Source: Candidatus Magasanikbacteria bacterium CG11_big_fil_rev_8_21_14_0_20_39_34
GTDB taxonomy: Bacteria; Patescibacteriota; Patescibacteriia; Magasanikbacterales; UBA922
Assembly (NCBI GenBank): GCA_002787355.1
Contig: PCWN01000007.1
Span: forward strand, 86,517-150,516
Direction: 5' to 3'
Length of the DNA: 64,000 bases
Shown: positions 17,972 to 25,574 of the stretch, piece after piece
Position numbering within the stretch: the first letter of the stretch is position 1
How the letters are laid out: each line of letters begins with the position of its first letter
The notes under the pieces: generated by a model
Told to the model about the DNA's origin: nothing
What the model saw: only the letters and a program-made list of their open reading frames with translations
Database searches by the model: none
Made by a program: the position numbers and the translations under genes

Positions 17972-19346
17972 ATTTTTTTATAAGTTCTTCAATCATTCCA
18001 CGGAATCCATGTGATCCCAAAAAGACTATAGTATCATCTTTTTCTGCTTTTGAAAAGAGGTGATCAATTAAAAGTTGATCATTATCAATACAAATAACAT
18101 TATTATGCGAATGAGAAATCACTTCTGTAAGTTTCTTTTCATTCATAGGTGGAGCAGAGGCCGTTTTATCAATCTTAATTTTGGTAAGTTTGGGAATGAT
18201 GACTTCATCTGCTTCTCCAAAGGCATTAGTATATGAGTTTATAGACTCTACTTGTCGGTTACCAGTATTTGGTTCAAAGACTGCAAAAATTTTTCCGTTA
18301 CAAATATTGCGAAGTGTCTGAAGTGTATTTCTTGCCTTTGCTGGAGAATGAGCAATATCATCTATGATGGTAATATCTCCCACATATCTTTTTTCCAGTC
18401 TTCTTTTTATCCCTGGAAAATTTTGTATGGCATGCGTAATAGATTCTGGTTCAAATCCTTGTCTGTTGCAAAGAGCAAAACATGCCGTTATATTGGGAGC
18501 CATATACTCACCAAGCAAGGGGAGTGATATTTTTTGCGTAAAGTTTTTGTGTACAATAGAAAAAGTGAGTCCACTTTTTTCTGCTTGGAGATTGGTGTAG
18601 GTATAGTCCGCATTTTTTGATCCATAGGAAACTTTTACGCCAGAAAAATTTTTGGAAAGTCTCTCTACATTCGGGTCATCTGCATTATATACAAGTGATC
18701 CTTCTTCTGGAAGAAGTGTGATAAGTTGCTCAAAAGCCTCAAAATATGCTTGTTCTGTTTTATATATATCTGCATGATCCCACTCAAGGGCAGTGAGAAC
18801 CAAGTGGGTAGGTTTGTAGTGAAAAAACTTAGCTTTCTCATCCCAACGAGCACTTTTGTATTCATCTCCTTCCATAACAGAAAGGTTCGATTTTCCAATG
18901 TATGCTGAATCAAGTGTATCTACCAGACCTCCAAACATATAGCTTGGATCTGCCCCAAGTTTTTGCAACGTCCAAGATAAAAGTGCAGAAGTAGATGTCT
19001 TTCCATATGTTCCAGAAACCACAATAGAGGTATCCTTGATAAAAAATTCTGAGAGTGCTTCCGGGTAGGAAAGGTAGCGGATACCCTTTATTTGTACATA
19101 CATCCATTCTGGATTGTCTGAGCTGGCAACATTTCCTACAATCACAAGATCCGGATCTCCATCTTCCGTCATTTTTTCAACATGCCATCCCGGGTAATAG
19201 GGAATACCAGTATTTTTAAGATGATCAGAAACAGGAGGATAAAACCCTTTATCTGATCCGGTAACTTTGTATCCTTGTTTATGAAAAGCCGTTGCAAGTG
19301 CACTCATGGCGACTCCGCAGATACCTATAAAATGAATGTGCTTCAT
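17964..19346 (-). CDS. mpl: Murein peptide ligase Mpl-like (MurC family)
   Basis: HIHFIGICGVAM, GT.GKTST, EGDEY, KFFHY.P, DHADIY, GIKRRLE, DDIAHSP. Confidence 0.75.
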   Translation of the reverse strand: MKHIHFIGICGVAMSALATAFHKQGYKVTGSDKGFYPPVSDHLKNTGIPYYPGWHVEKMTEDGDPDLVIVGNVASSDNPEWMYVQIKGIRYLSYPEALSEFFIKDTSIVVSGTYGKTSTSALLSWTLQKLGADPSYMFGGLVDTLDSAYIGKSNLSVMEGDEYKSARWDEKAKFFHYKPTHLVLTALEWDHADIYKTEQAYFEAFEQLITLLPEEGSLVYNADDPNVERLSKNFSGVKVSYGSKNADYTYTNLQAEKSGLTFSIVHKNFTQKISLPLLGEYMAPNITACFALCNRQGFEPESITHAIQNFPGIKRRLEKRYVGDITIIDDIAHSPAKARNTLQTLRNICNGKIFAVFEPNTGNRQVESINSYTNAFGEADEVIIPKLTKIKIDKTASAPPMNEKKLTEVISHSHNNVICIDNDQLLIDHLFSKAEKDDTIVFLGSHGFRGMIEELIKKYD

Positions 19347-19861
19347 ACGATTTTTGGAGTGAAACGCTTTTTAGCTATGAGTTCATCATCTTGTTCTTTT
19401 GGCTCGTATATACTATCCCAATGAAAGATTTGCATACCTTTTCCTTTTGCCCAGAGAATAAGTTTTTCATGGGAAGTTTGAAGAATATATTCTACAGGTT
19501 TTTGACTCACATTAGCAAGATTTTGAAGGTATTTTGCAAGAGCTCTATAGATTTCAGTTGTATCGTTATCCTTTTTTTCCATGCTACTGTTACTTGATAT
19601 CATTGTCGATACTTCTATCATCTGCTCTAACTCTAATATTGAAAACAAAAGTAATTTATTTCCGTAGGTAAGGAGCACATTCTTTTCACCAGAAAATAGA
19701 GATACAGCACGTGTCTGATGTAATAAGGATTCATCTTCAGTATCGGGAAAATATTTTTCTGCAAATGCTAAAGCTTCTTGCGGAGAAAGGACTTTGGCAT
19801 GCTGAAGTATTTCTTCGGTTAGCATTCGAGCGTCGCGTCCGCTTTCTATTTGTGTACGCAT
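19343..19861 (-). CDS. Hypothetical protein
   Basis: ORF whose stop overlaps the mpl start. Confidence 0.6.
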   Translation of the reverse strand: MRTQIESGRDARMLTEEILQHAKVLSPQEALAFAEKYFPDTEDESLLHQTRAVSLFSGEKNVLLTYGNKLLLFSILELEQMIEVSTMISSNSSMEKKDNDTTEIYRALAKYLQNLANVSQKPVEYILQTSHEKLILWAKGKGMQIFHWDSIYEPKEQDDELIAKKRFTPKIV

Positions 19862-19869
19862 AACAAAAT

Positions 19870-20523
19870 CTATTTGAGAATATTTTTCAATTGAGTAAGG
19901 TCAGTTTGCCATGTGTTTCCATCAAACCATTCAAAACCTTTAAATTGCATTTTGTATATGTCCCCGGGGCGTTGTGCACTCCCAAGATAAAAATATTTTT
20001 TGCCTTGCTCCTTGGCATAGGTGAGGGCACGTACCATCATACCCATTCCAGTATTGGGATTCATTTCATCGGAAAGGTTATAGAATGGATAGGAGTAGTG
20101 GAGGATATTTTTGGTTTTTCGGGCAATACAATAGCCTACATTTGATGCTGCAATGGAGTATACAAAGACACAATTAAAATTGTTTTGTTCAGGATTGGTA
20201 AAAAGTTCTTTAACTTTATTAGCACTAAACGTTTTTTCACCAAACTTGGTATCATAAAAATCTTTTGCCATTTTTCCAATGCTCCAATGATACTCTGTAA
20301 AAGGAAGGTCTTCCAGTTTCATCTGAAATTCTTCCGTTTTGCGAAGTATACGTTTATTTTCACTGGAGAGTTCAAAAGCTTCCAGGTCAATACGAACGCT
20401 TCGAGTTTGATCCATCATTCCTTTTCCTTTCCGCGTAAAAACATAGCCATTATGATAATACTTTTCAATAGTATGGTCAGAGAAATCCTCAAGAGCCGTT
20501 TGTTTCCAGAATAGATAAGCCAT
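19870..20523 (-). CDS. Ate1/Bpt-like aminoacyl-tRNA-protein transferase (GNAT fold)
   Basis: SVRIDL..F.LS...KRILRK, Y.FY, AK..GK.YFYLG, YK.QF...E. Confidence 0.7.
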   Translation of the reverse strand: MAYLFWKQTALEDFSDHTIEKYYHNGYVFTRKGKGMMDQTRSVRIDLEAFELSSENKRILRKTEEFQMKLEDLPFTEYHWSIGKMAKDFYDTKFGEKTFSANKVKELFTNPEQNNFNCVFVYSIAASNVGYCIARKTKNILHYSYPFYNLSDEMNPNTGMGMMVRALTYAKEQGKKYFYLGSAQRPGDIYKMQFKGFEWFDGNTWQTDLTQLKNILK

Positions 20524-20579
20524 AGAATGTAAGAAGTGCAAGAAAAAATATTTTAAAAAATTTTTTATACGTCATATCA

Positions 20580-21713
20580 CTAATACAGTGCAATCCAGAG
20601 GCCCAAGATCACAAATGCAGCATGGAGAATCCAGAATCGCATAACTGTTTTTTCTTCACTCCATCCACGCAATTCAAAGTGGTGGTGCAGAGGTGCCATT
20701 TTGAAAATTCTTCTTCCCAAAAGGTATCGTCCACCAATTTGGATAATCACGGACAAAATTTCTACATAGAAGATAAAGGCCAAAAAGGGGAGCAGGAGCA
20801 TCTGATTTATAACAATGGTGTTAATGGCCAGAAGTGCTCCCATACCCAGTGATCCTACATCTCCCATCTGAAAACGTGCTGGCTTAATATTGAAATACGT
20901 ATAGGCAATCAATGCACCGGTTGCCGTAGCATTGAGGTATGCCATAGAGTTGTATCCATACATCCAAGAGAGGAGGGTCAATACGGCAAAGGTAATAATA
21001 AGCGCCCCCCCGGCCAGTCCATCCATACCATCTGCAAAGTTTACCGCATTTGCAGTAAACATAACAAAGAAAATAATAAGCGGAATGATGAGCCAACCAA
21101 TATTGAGGAATCCATCAAAAGGAATATGAATTTGGCGCCAATGTTCCCCAAGTTTGAAATATATCCACCACGCAGCAATTCCTCCTGCTAAAAATTGCAT
21201 GATTAAACGTTCATGCACATGCAATCCTTTCCCCGGATGAGATCCAAGCCAGAGAGATGTGCGTTTAAAAAAAGTCCAAGGTAAAGTAAGGGTGAGCCAA
21301 AGGCGTTGTTTCCAATCTTTGTGTACCCGGATAAGTTTGAGAACATGTTTTATTTTTCGTATGCGTCTCTTTTTTCCAATAAGATTATTCATCACGTCAT
21401 CGAGTCCTCCAAGAAGTGCAGCAAGGGTCATAACGGCAATAGGCATCCAAGTGAATTTTCTTTCCCAGTTGAAAAGAAGGGTAATCACAATGATCGTGAT
21501 AATGATAAGGAGGCCCCCCATGATAGGGACGCCATATTTGGTTCTTCTTGCACCCATGGCAAGCGTAGCATCATATTCGGGATGTCTCTGAATTTTATAC
21601 TTGTAGAGAAATTTTATAAGTAAGGGCGCCCATAAAAATGCGGAAAGCGTAGCGGCAAGCGCAAAGAGAATAGCGGTGCGAAGGATGTCTACGGACATGT
21701 CTGAAATAAGCAT
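20580..21713 (-). CDS. mraY: Phospho-N-acetylmuramoyl-pentapeptide transferase
   Basis: P.MGG, G.LDD, NAVNFADGMDGL, PARFQMGDVGS, MAPLHHHFE. Confidence 0.92.
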   Translation of the reverse strand: MLISDMSVDILRTAILFALAATLSAFLWAPLLIKFLYKYKIQRHPEYDATLAMGARRTKYGVPIMGGLLIIITIIVITLLFNWERKFTWMPIAVMTLAALLGGLDDVMNNLIGKKRRIRKIKHVLKLIRVHKDWKQRLWLTLTLPWTFFKRTSLWLGSHPGKGLHVHERLIMQFLAGGIAAWWIYFKLGEHWRQIHIPFDGFLNIGWLIIPLIIFFVMFTANAVNFADGMDGLAGGALIITFAVLTLLSWMYGYNSMAYLNATATGALIAYTYFNIKPARFQMGDVGSLGMGALLAINTIVINQMLLLPFLAFIFYVEILSVIIQIGGRYLLGRRIFKMAPLHHHFELRGWSEEKTVMRFWILHAAFVILGLWIALY

Positions 21714-21850
21714 AGAAGGAAGAATAGTTTAGGAATAATTCTCTCATGTATGACGAAAAGTCATGAGGAGAAAATATATACATGAGAGCTAATTTTAGCA
21801 AAAAACATAGAAACTATATCAAAAATTTGCTGTATTGACAAGGTTGGAGC

Positions 21851-21878
21851 AGAAAACCTCGTCTGGACGAGGTTTTCT
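21851..21878. terminator. Strong hairpin/terminator
   Basis: AGAAAACCTCGTC-TG-GACGAGGTTTTCT perfect inverted repeat. Confidence 0.7.
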
Positions 21879-21888
21879 ATCTTTCAAC

Positions 21889-22728
21889 TCAAAGTGCATG
21901 CAATCTTCGTATCTCACATCTTTGTGCGGTTTTTGCTCTCCAAAAGGTTTCATTTTCTTCTCCTGTTTTCTCGTTTTCAGTCCATGTTTGCTCCAAAAGG
22001 GACGTATTGTGGTCTGTTATCTCGATATGTCCTTTTCTTACACCACCACCATATTTTCCATCCCTCTTCCACTGCAGTGCATGGGTGTAGTGGATGATCA
22101 CAGGGGAGAGTGGGTTATATTCTATTGCATGGATAACAAGGATATGGTTGAGATCATGGTCTTTCCCCGTGCCAAGGAGGATAATCATATCTCCGGGGGT
22201 GACTTGAGACAACTGAACAACTTTGGTGTTCATGTCTGAAACCAGTGTTTCAACGCTGCAGTTTTCTGCCGGTCGTAGACGAACAAGAATTTTTCGGAAG
22301 AAGCTTTTTGCATGGGGGTAAAAAAGCTTCAGAGGTTTTGCCTTTGTGGCCCGTACTTCTTGGTGGAGTATATGATAGGCAAGTCCGGAACAATCAATAC
22401 CAAGATTATTGTCCACTAAAAACTCCTTGAGTTTTTCTTGTGGAATACTGGCAAGGTCAAGATGATGTTTTAAAGATATAATTTTTGCTTCTTCTTCAAT
22501 ATCTTCGGGTGTTCCTTTCCCAATCAACACGCCGAGTGCCGCTCGGACCTTTGTTGCCTTATTCAAAAAATAAGGGCATTGAATTTTTTTCCCATCTATT
22601 TGAAGATTCATAAAATGATCAATCAGTCGCAGGGTTGATTCATGGAGAGATTGTGTAGTTTCAGAAGGAATAGGTTTCATGGAAAATGATTTATTCAAAT
22701 ATTTTTTTAATTCTTTCTCCTTCATCAT
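21889..22728 (-). CDS. NlpC/P60-like cysteine hydrolase
   Basis: GIDCSG, PGD, HI.V and YTH residues consistent with a Cys-His-His triad. Confidence 0.6.
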   Translation of the reverse strand: MMKEKELKKYLNKSFSMKPIPSETTQSLHESTLRLIDHFMNLQIDGKKIQCPYFLNKATKVRAALGVLIGKGTPEDIEEEAKIISLKHHLDLASIPQEKLKEFLVDNNLGIDCSGLAYHILHQEVRATKAKPLKLFYPHAKSFFRKILVRLRPAENCSVETLVSDMNTKVVQLSQVTPGDMIILLGTGKDHDLNHILVIHAIEYNPLSPVIIHYTHALQWKRDGKYGGGVRKGHIEITDHNTSLLEQTWTENEKTGEENETFWRAKTAQRCEIRRLHAL

Positions 22729-23932
22729 TTAATTTTTCCTCATGTGAAATGAAGGATCCATGTTTTGTTCGGATACGCAGGAGTTCAGTTCCGTCTTCTG
22801 TATTGGGAGTATCAATAACCGTGTATCCAAGGGATTCAAGTTGATTTTTCCAAGATAAAAGTTTTTGTGCATCAAAATGAATTTCTGCATCACGAAGAAT
22901 GATTTGCGCTCCCTTAGTCAGGGGAATGATTGATTGGTATGGAATTGAAAAATCCAAAAGACTCATGAGATGAGCTTCAAAAATTGTGAGCGGCATTTCC
23001 AAAGAGGTTTTTTCTTTTTGTAAAAGAGATTCAAAAGGAACGGATGCCGGTTGGCGTGCATTTACCTCCAAGAGATAAAGTTCTTGTGTTTCTTTATCTA
23101 CAATAACGTCAATTCCATAAGCTCCAAGCCAACCATCTTGTTGGAGTTTTTCTCCCACTTTTTTTGCAATATCAAAAAATTTTTGTTTTTGGGTATCCGT
23201 TAAAAAGCGATTTGCAAAATCAAAATCATTTCCAATAGTTGCAAAGGGATTATTGGTAAAAGGAGAGATCCCGGTGATTTGATAACTGATATTTCCCAAA
23301 AAAATATTTTCTTTGGATACCACATTATTACTGGTAAATGTTGGACCAGAAATATACTTGAGAGCACGTACGGGACGCTTCGGGAAGGTTTGTTTGAGTG
23401 CATTGAGCTGCTTGATGTCAGAGATACATTGTGTCCCCGTTCCAGTGTGAGAAGTATTAAACTGCAAAATAAAGGGGATTTCAAAATCAAGATTTTCAAG
23501 CGTATCCACACAATGGGGCGGAAGAAGGTATTCAAGAGGCCCAAGCCAGTCAATTTGTGAAATTTTTTCTTCAATAGTAGAGCTCAAAGAGACGAGAGGG
23601 TTGAGGAGCTTCCATGTATTTTGTGTGCAGATACGTTCAATTTGAGAAGTTGGTTTGAATACTAAAAGAGAGGGATTGGGCCCGTTTGAAGCAATATTTT
23701 TGAGAAAGCTTTCTGTTTCTTCCCTTTGTAAAAGATCAAAGGTAGGGAGGAGGTGTTCAGATTCAATGAGAAGAATATTTTTCCTTCCTTGTGAAATGAA
23801 TTTGGCAAAAGGGGTTGAATTTGAGATAATAAAGTACCCGGGAGTATCAAAAGAGAGGCCCATAGCACGCTCAATATCTCGGGTCACATAAACAACGGGA
23901 TGTTTTTTGAGAAATGTAAGGAATTCCTGCAT
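22691..23932 (-). CDS. ATP-grasp domain protein
   Basis: EEKI, HTGTGT, YISGP, G..GIDVI, LLEVNAR. Confidence 0.8.
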   Translation of the reverse strand: MQEFLTFLKKHPVVYVTRDIERAMGLSFDTPGYFIISNSTPFAKFISQGRKNILLIESEHLLPTFDLLQREETESFLKNIASNGPNPSLLVFKPTSQIERICTQNTWKLLNPLVSLSSTIEEKISQIDWLGPLEYLLPPHCVDTLENLDFEIPFILQFNTSHTGTGTQCISDIKQLNALKQTFPKRPVRALKYISGPTFTSNNVVSKENIFLGNISYQITGISPFTNNPFATIGNDFDFANRFLTDTQKQKFFDIAKKVGEKLQQDGWLGAYGIDVIVDKETQELYLLEVNARQPASVPFESLLQKEKTSLEMPLTIFEAHLMSLLDFSIPYQSIIPLTKGAQIILRDAEIHFDAQKLLSWKNQLESLGYTVIDTPNTEDGTELLRIRTKHGSFISHEEKLNDEGERIKKIFE

Positions 23933-24005
23933 AGATACGTCAAGTATACTAGATAAGCCTTTACTCTACAATAATGGACGTGTGAGGAAGGACAAATCTT
24001 ACACT

Positions 24006-24977
24006 ATGTATCAGACACTGAAAAATTTTGGGAAAGCAAAAATTCAAGAACCACTTTGCAAGCATACGACCTTTAAAATAGGAGGACCCGCGGATTTTTT
24101 TGTGACGGTTGAAAAAATAGACAAGTTGCAAGAGTTACTTGCTTTTTTGGATGGTGAAGGACAGGAGTATTTCATTTTGGGAGGTGGGTCAAACATGCTT
24201 GCAAGAGATGAGGGATTTCGTGGAGTTGTCATAGAAGTAAAGGATAAAACCATTGAGCAAGAGGGAGATGAAATGATTGCCTGTGCTGGGGCCGTTACTG
24301 TAGAAGTGGCACAACAGAGTATGAAAGGTGGACTTACTGGATTTGAATGGGGAGTGGGAGTACCGGGAACCATTGGCGGTGCGGTTCGAGGAAATGCTGG
24401 TGCAATGGGGAGTGAAATGAAAGATAATGTAAAAAAAGTTTTGCTCTACAAAGATGGATCTTTACATGAGTATGATAATGATGCTTGTGGTTTTGAATAT
24501 AGAAGCAGTATTTTCAAACGTGAAGGAGGAATTATTTTGAAAGTTTGGTTAAAACTCAAAAAAGGAGAAAATATTGAAGGTAAAAAGAAAATGCTTGAGT
24601 TTTTGCGATATAGAAATACTACACAACCACAAGGGTATGCCTCAACTGGGTGTATCTTTAAAAATGTTGAGTTCAATGAAACAGTACCAAAAGGAGCATA
24701 CAACAGAAAAAAACTTTTGGAGCATTTTGATAAAGAAAATGAAAAAGTTCAACAATTCTTGTCTGTGGGAAAGATTTCTGCTGGTTGGTTGGTTCAAGAG
24801 GCAGGTTGTAAAGGGTATCAAGTGGGACAGGCACAGGTTTCAGAGAAGCATGGAAATTTTATAATCAACTTGGGAGGAGCGACTTCTCATGATGTTTTGA
24901 AAATCATTGAAATGGTAAAGGAAAAGGTGTACAATACCTATGGGATAGAACTTGAAGAAGAAATTCAAATCGTGTAG
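24006..24977 (+). CDS. murB: UDP-N-acetylmuramate dehydrogenase
   Basis: HTTFKIGGPA, LGGGSN, PGTIGGA..NAGA, F.YR.S, G.IFKN, KHGNFIIN. Confidence 0.95.
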   Translation: MYQTLKNFGKAKIQEPLCKHTTFKIGGPADFFVTVEKIDKLQELLAFLDGEGQEYFILGGGSNMLARDEGFRGVVIEVKDKTIEQEGDEMIACAGAVTVEVAQQSMKGGLTGFEWGVGVPGTIGGAVRGNAGAMGSEMKDNVKKVLLYKDGSLHEYDNDACGFEYRSSIFKREGGIILKVWLKLKKGENIEGKKKMLEFLRYRNTTQPQGYASTGCIFKNVEFNETVPKGAYNRKKLLEHFDKENEKVQQFLSVGKISAGWLVQEAGCKGYQVGQAQVSEKHGNFIINLGGATSHDVLKIIEMVKEKVYNTYGIELEEEIQIV

Positions 24978-25056
24978 GTCTTAGTTTAGAAATATTGGGT
25001 CTTTTTGAAAAAATTGGGTTTGCGATATCTCTAATCTAATACCTAACCCATAATAT

Positions 25057-25413
25057 ATGACTATAAATGTCAAAGCTGTTGGTGTAGACATGACAGACGC
25101 GTTGCATACCTATACAAAAGAAAAATTTGAAACACTTACGAAATTTTTTGATAATATTATTAAAGCAGATGTGACCATTGGTAAAAACAGTGACCATCAC
25201 CAAAATGGAGATATATTTTTTGCACATGCTACCCTACAGATACCCAATCATGGGAACTTATACGTTGAAAAAACAGAGCAAGATTTGTACAAGGCCATAG
25301 ACAAAGTAAAGGATCATTTAAAGATTGAACTGGAAAAATTAAAGGGGCATATGCGGGCAAAGGATAAAGATATTATACGAGAGCAAAAGGCCTACCAAAT
25401 GGAGAATGACTAG
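25057..25413 (+). CDS. hpf: Ribosome hibernation promoting factor (RaiA/HPF)
   Basis: TDAL..Y..EK, DLY.AID, position upstream of secA. Confidence 0.88.
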   Translation: MTINVKAVGVDMTDALHTYTKEKFETLTKFFDNIIKADVTIGKNSDHHQNGDIFFAHATLQIPNHGNLYVEKTEQDLYKAIDKVKDHLKIELEKLKGHMRAKDKDIIREQKAYQMEND

Positions 25414-25422
25414 CAAAAAATT

Positions 25423-25455
25423 AAGAATTCGCCTCAACATGGCGGATTCTTTTTT
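25423..25455 (+). terminator. Intrinsic terminator after hpf
   Basis: AAGAATTCGCC/GGCGGATTCTT plus T run. Confidence 0.7.
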
Positions 25456-25459
25456 CTGC

Positions 25460-25488
25460 TAGACAAAAGGACAAAAAAATGTTAGACT
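25460..25488 (+). promoter_or_regulatory. secA promoter
   Basis: TAGACA-17-TAGACT with extended TG. Confidence 0.5.
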
Positions 25489-25574
25489 GTGGGGGTTATA
25501 ATTCGTGAGTATTTGAAATACGAAATGCACTCTATGAATGGGAATTTTGTGTTTTGAATCGAGAAACTCGTTAT

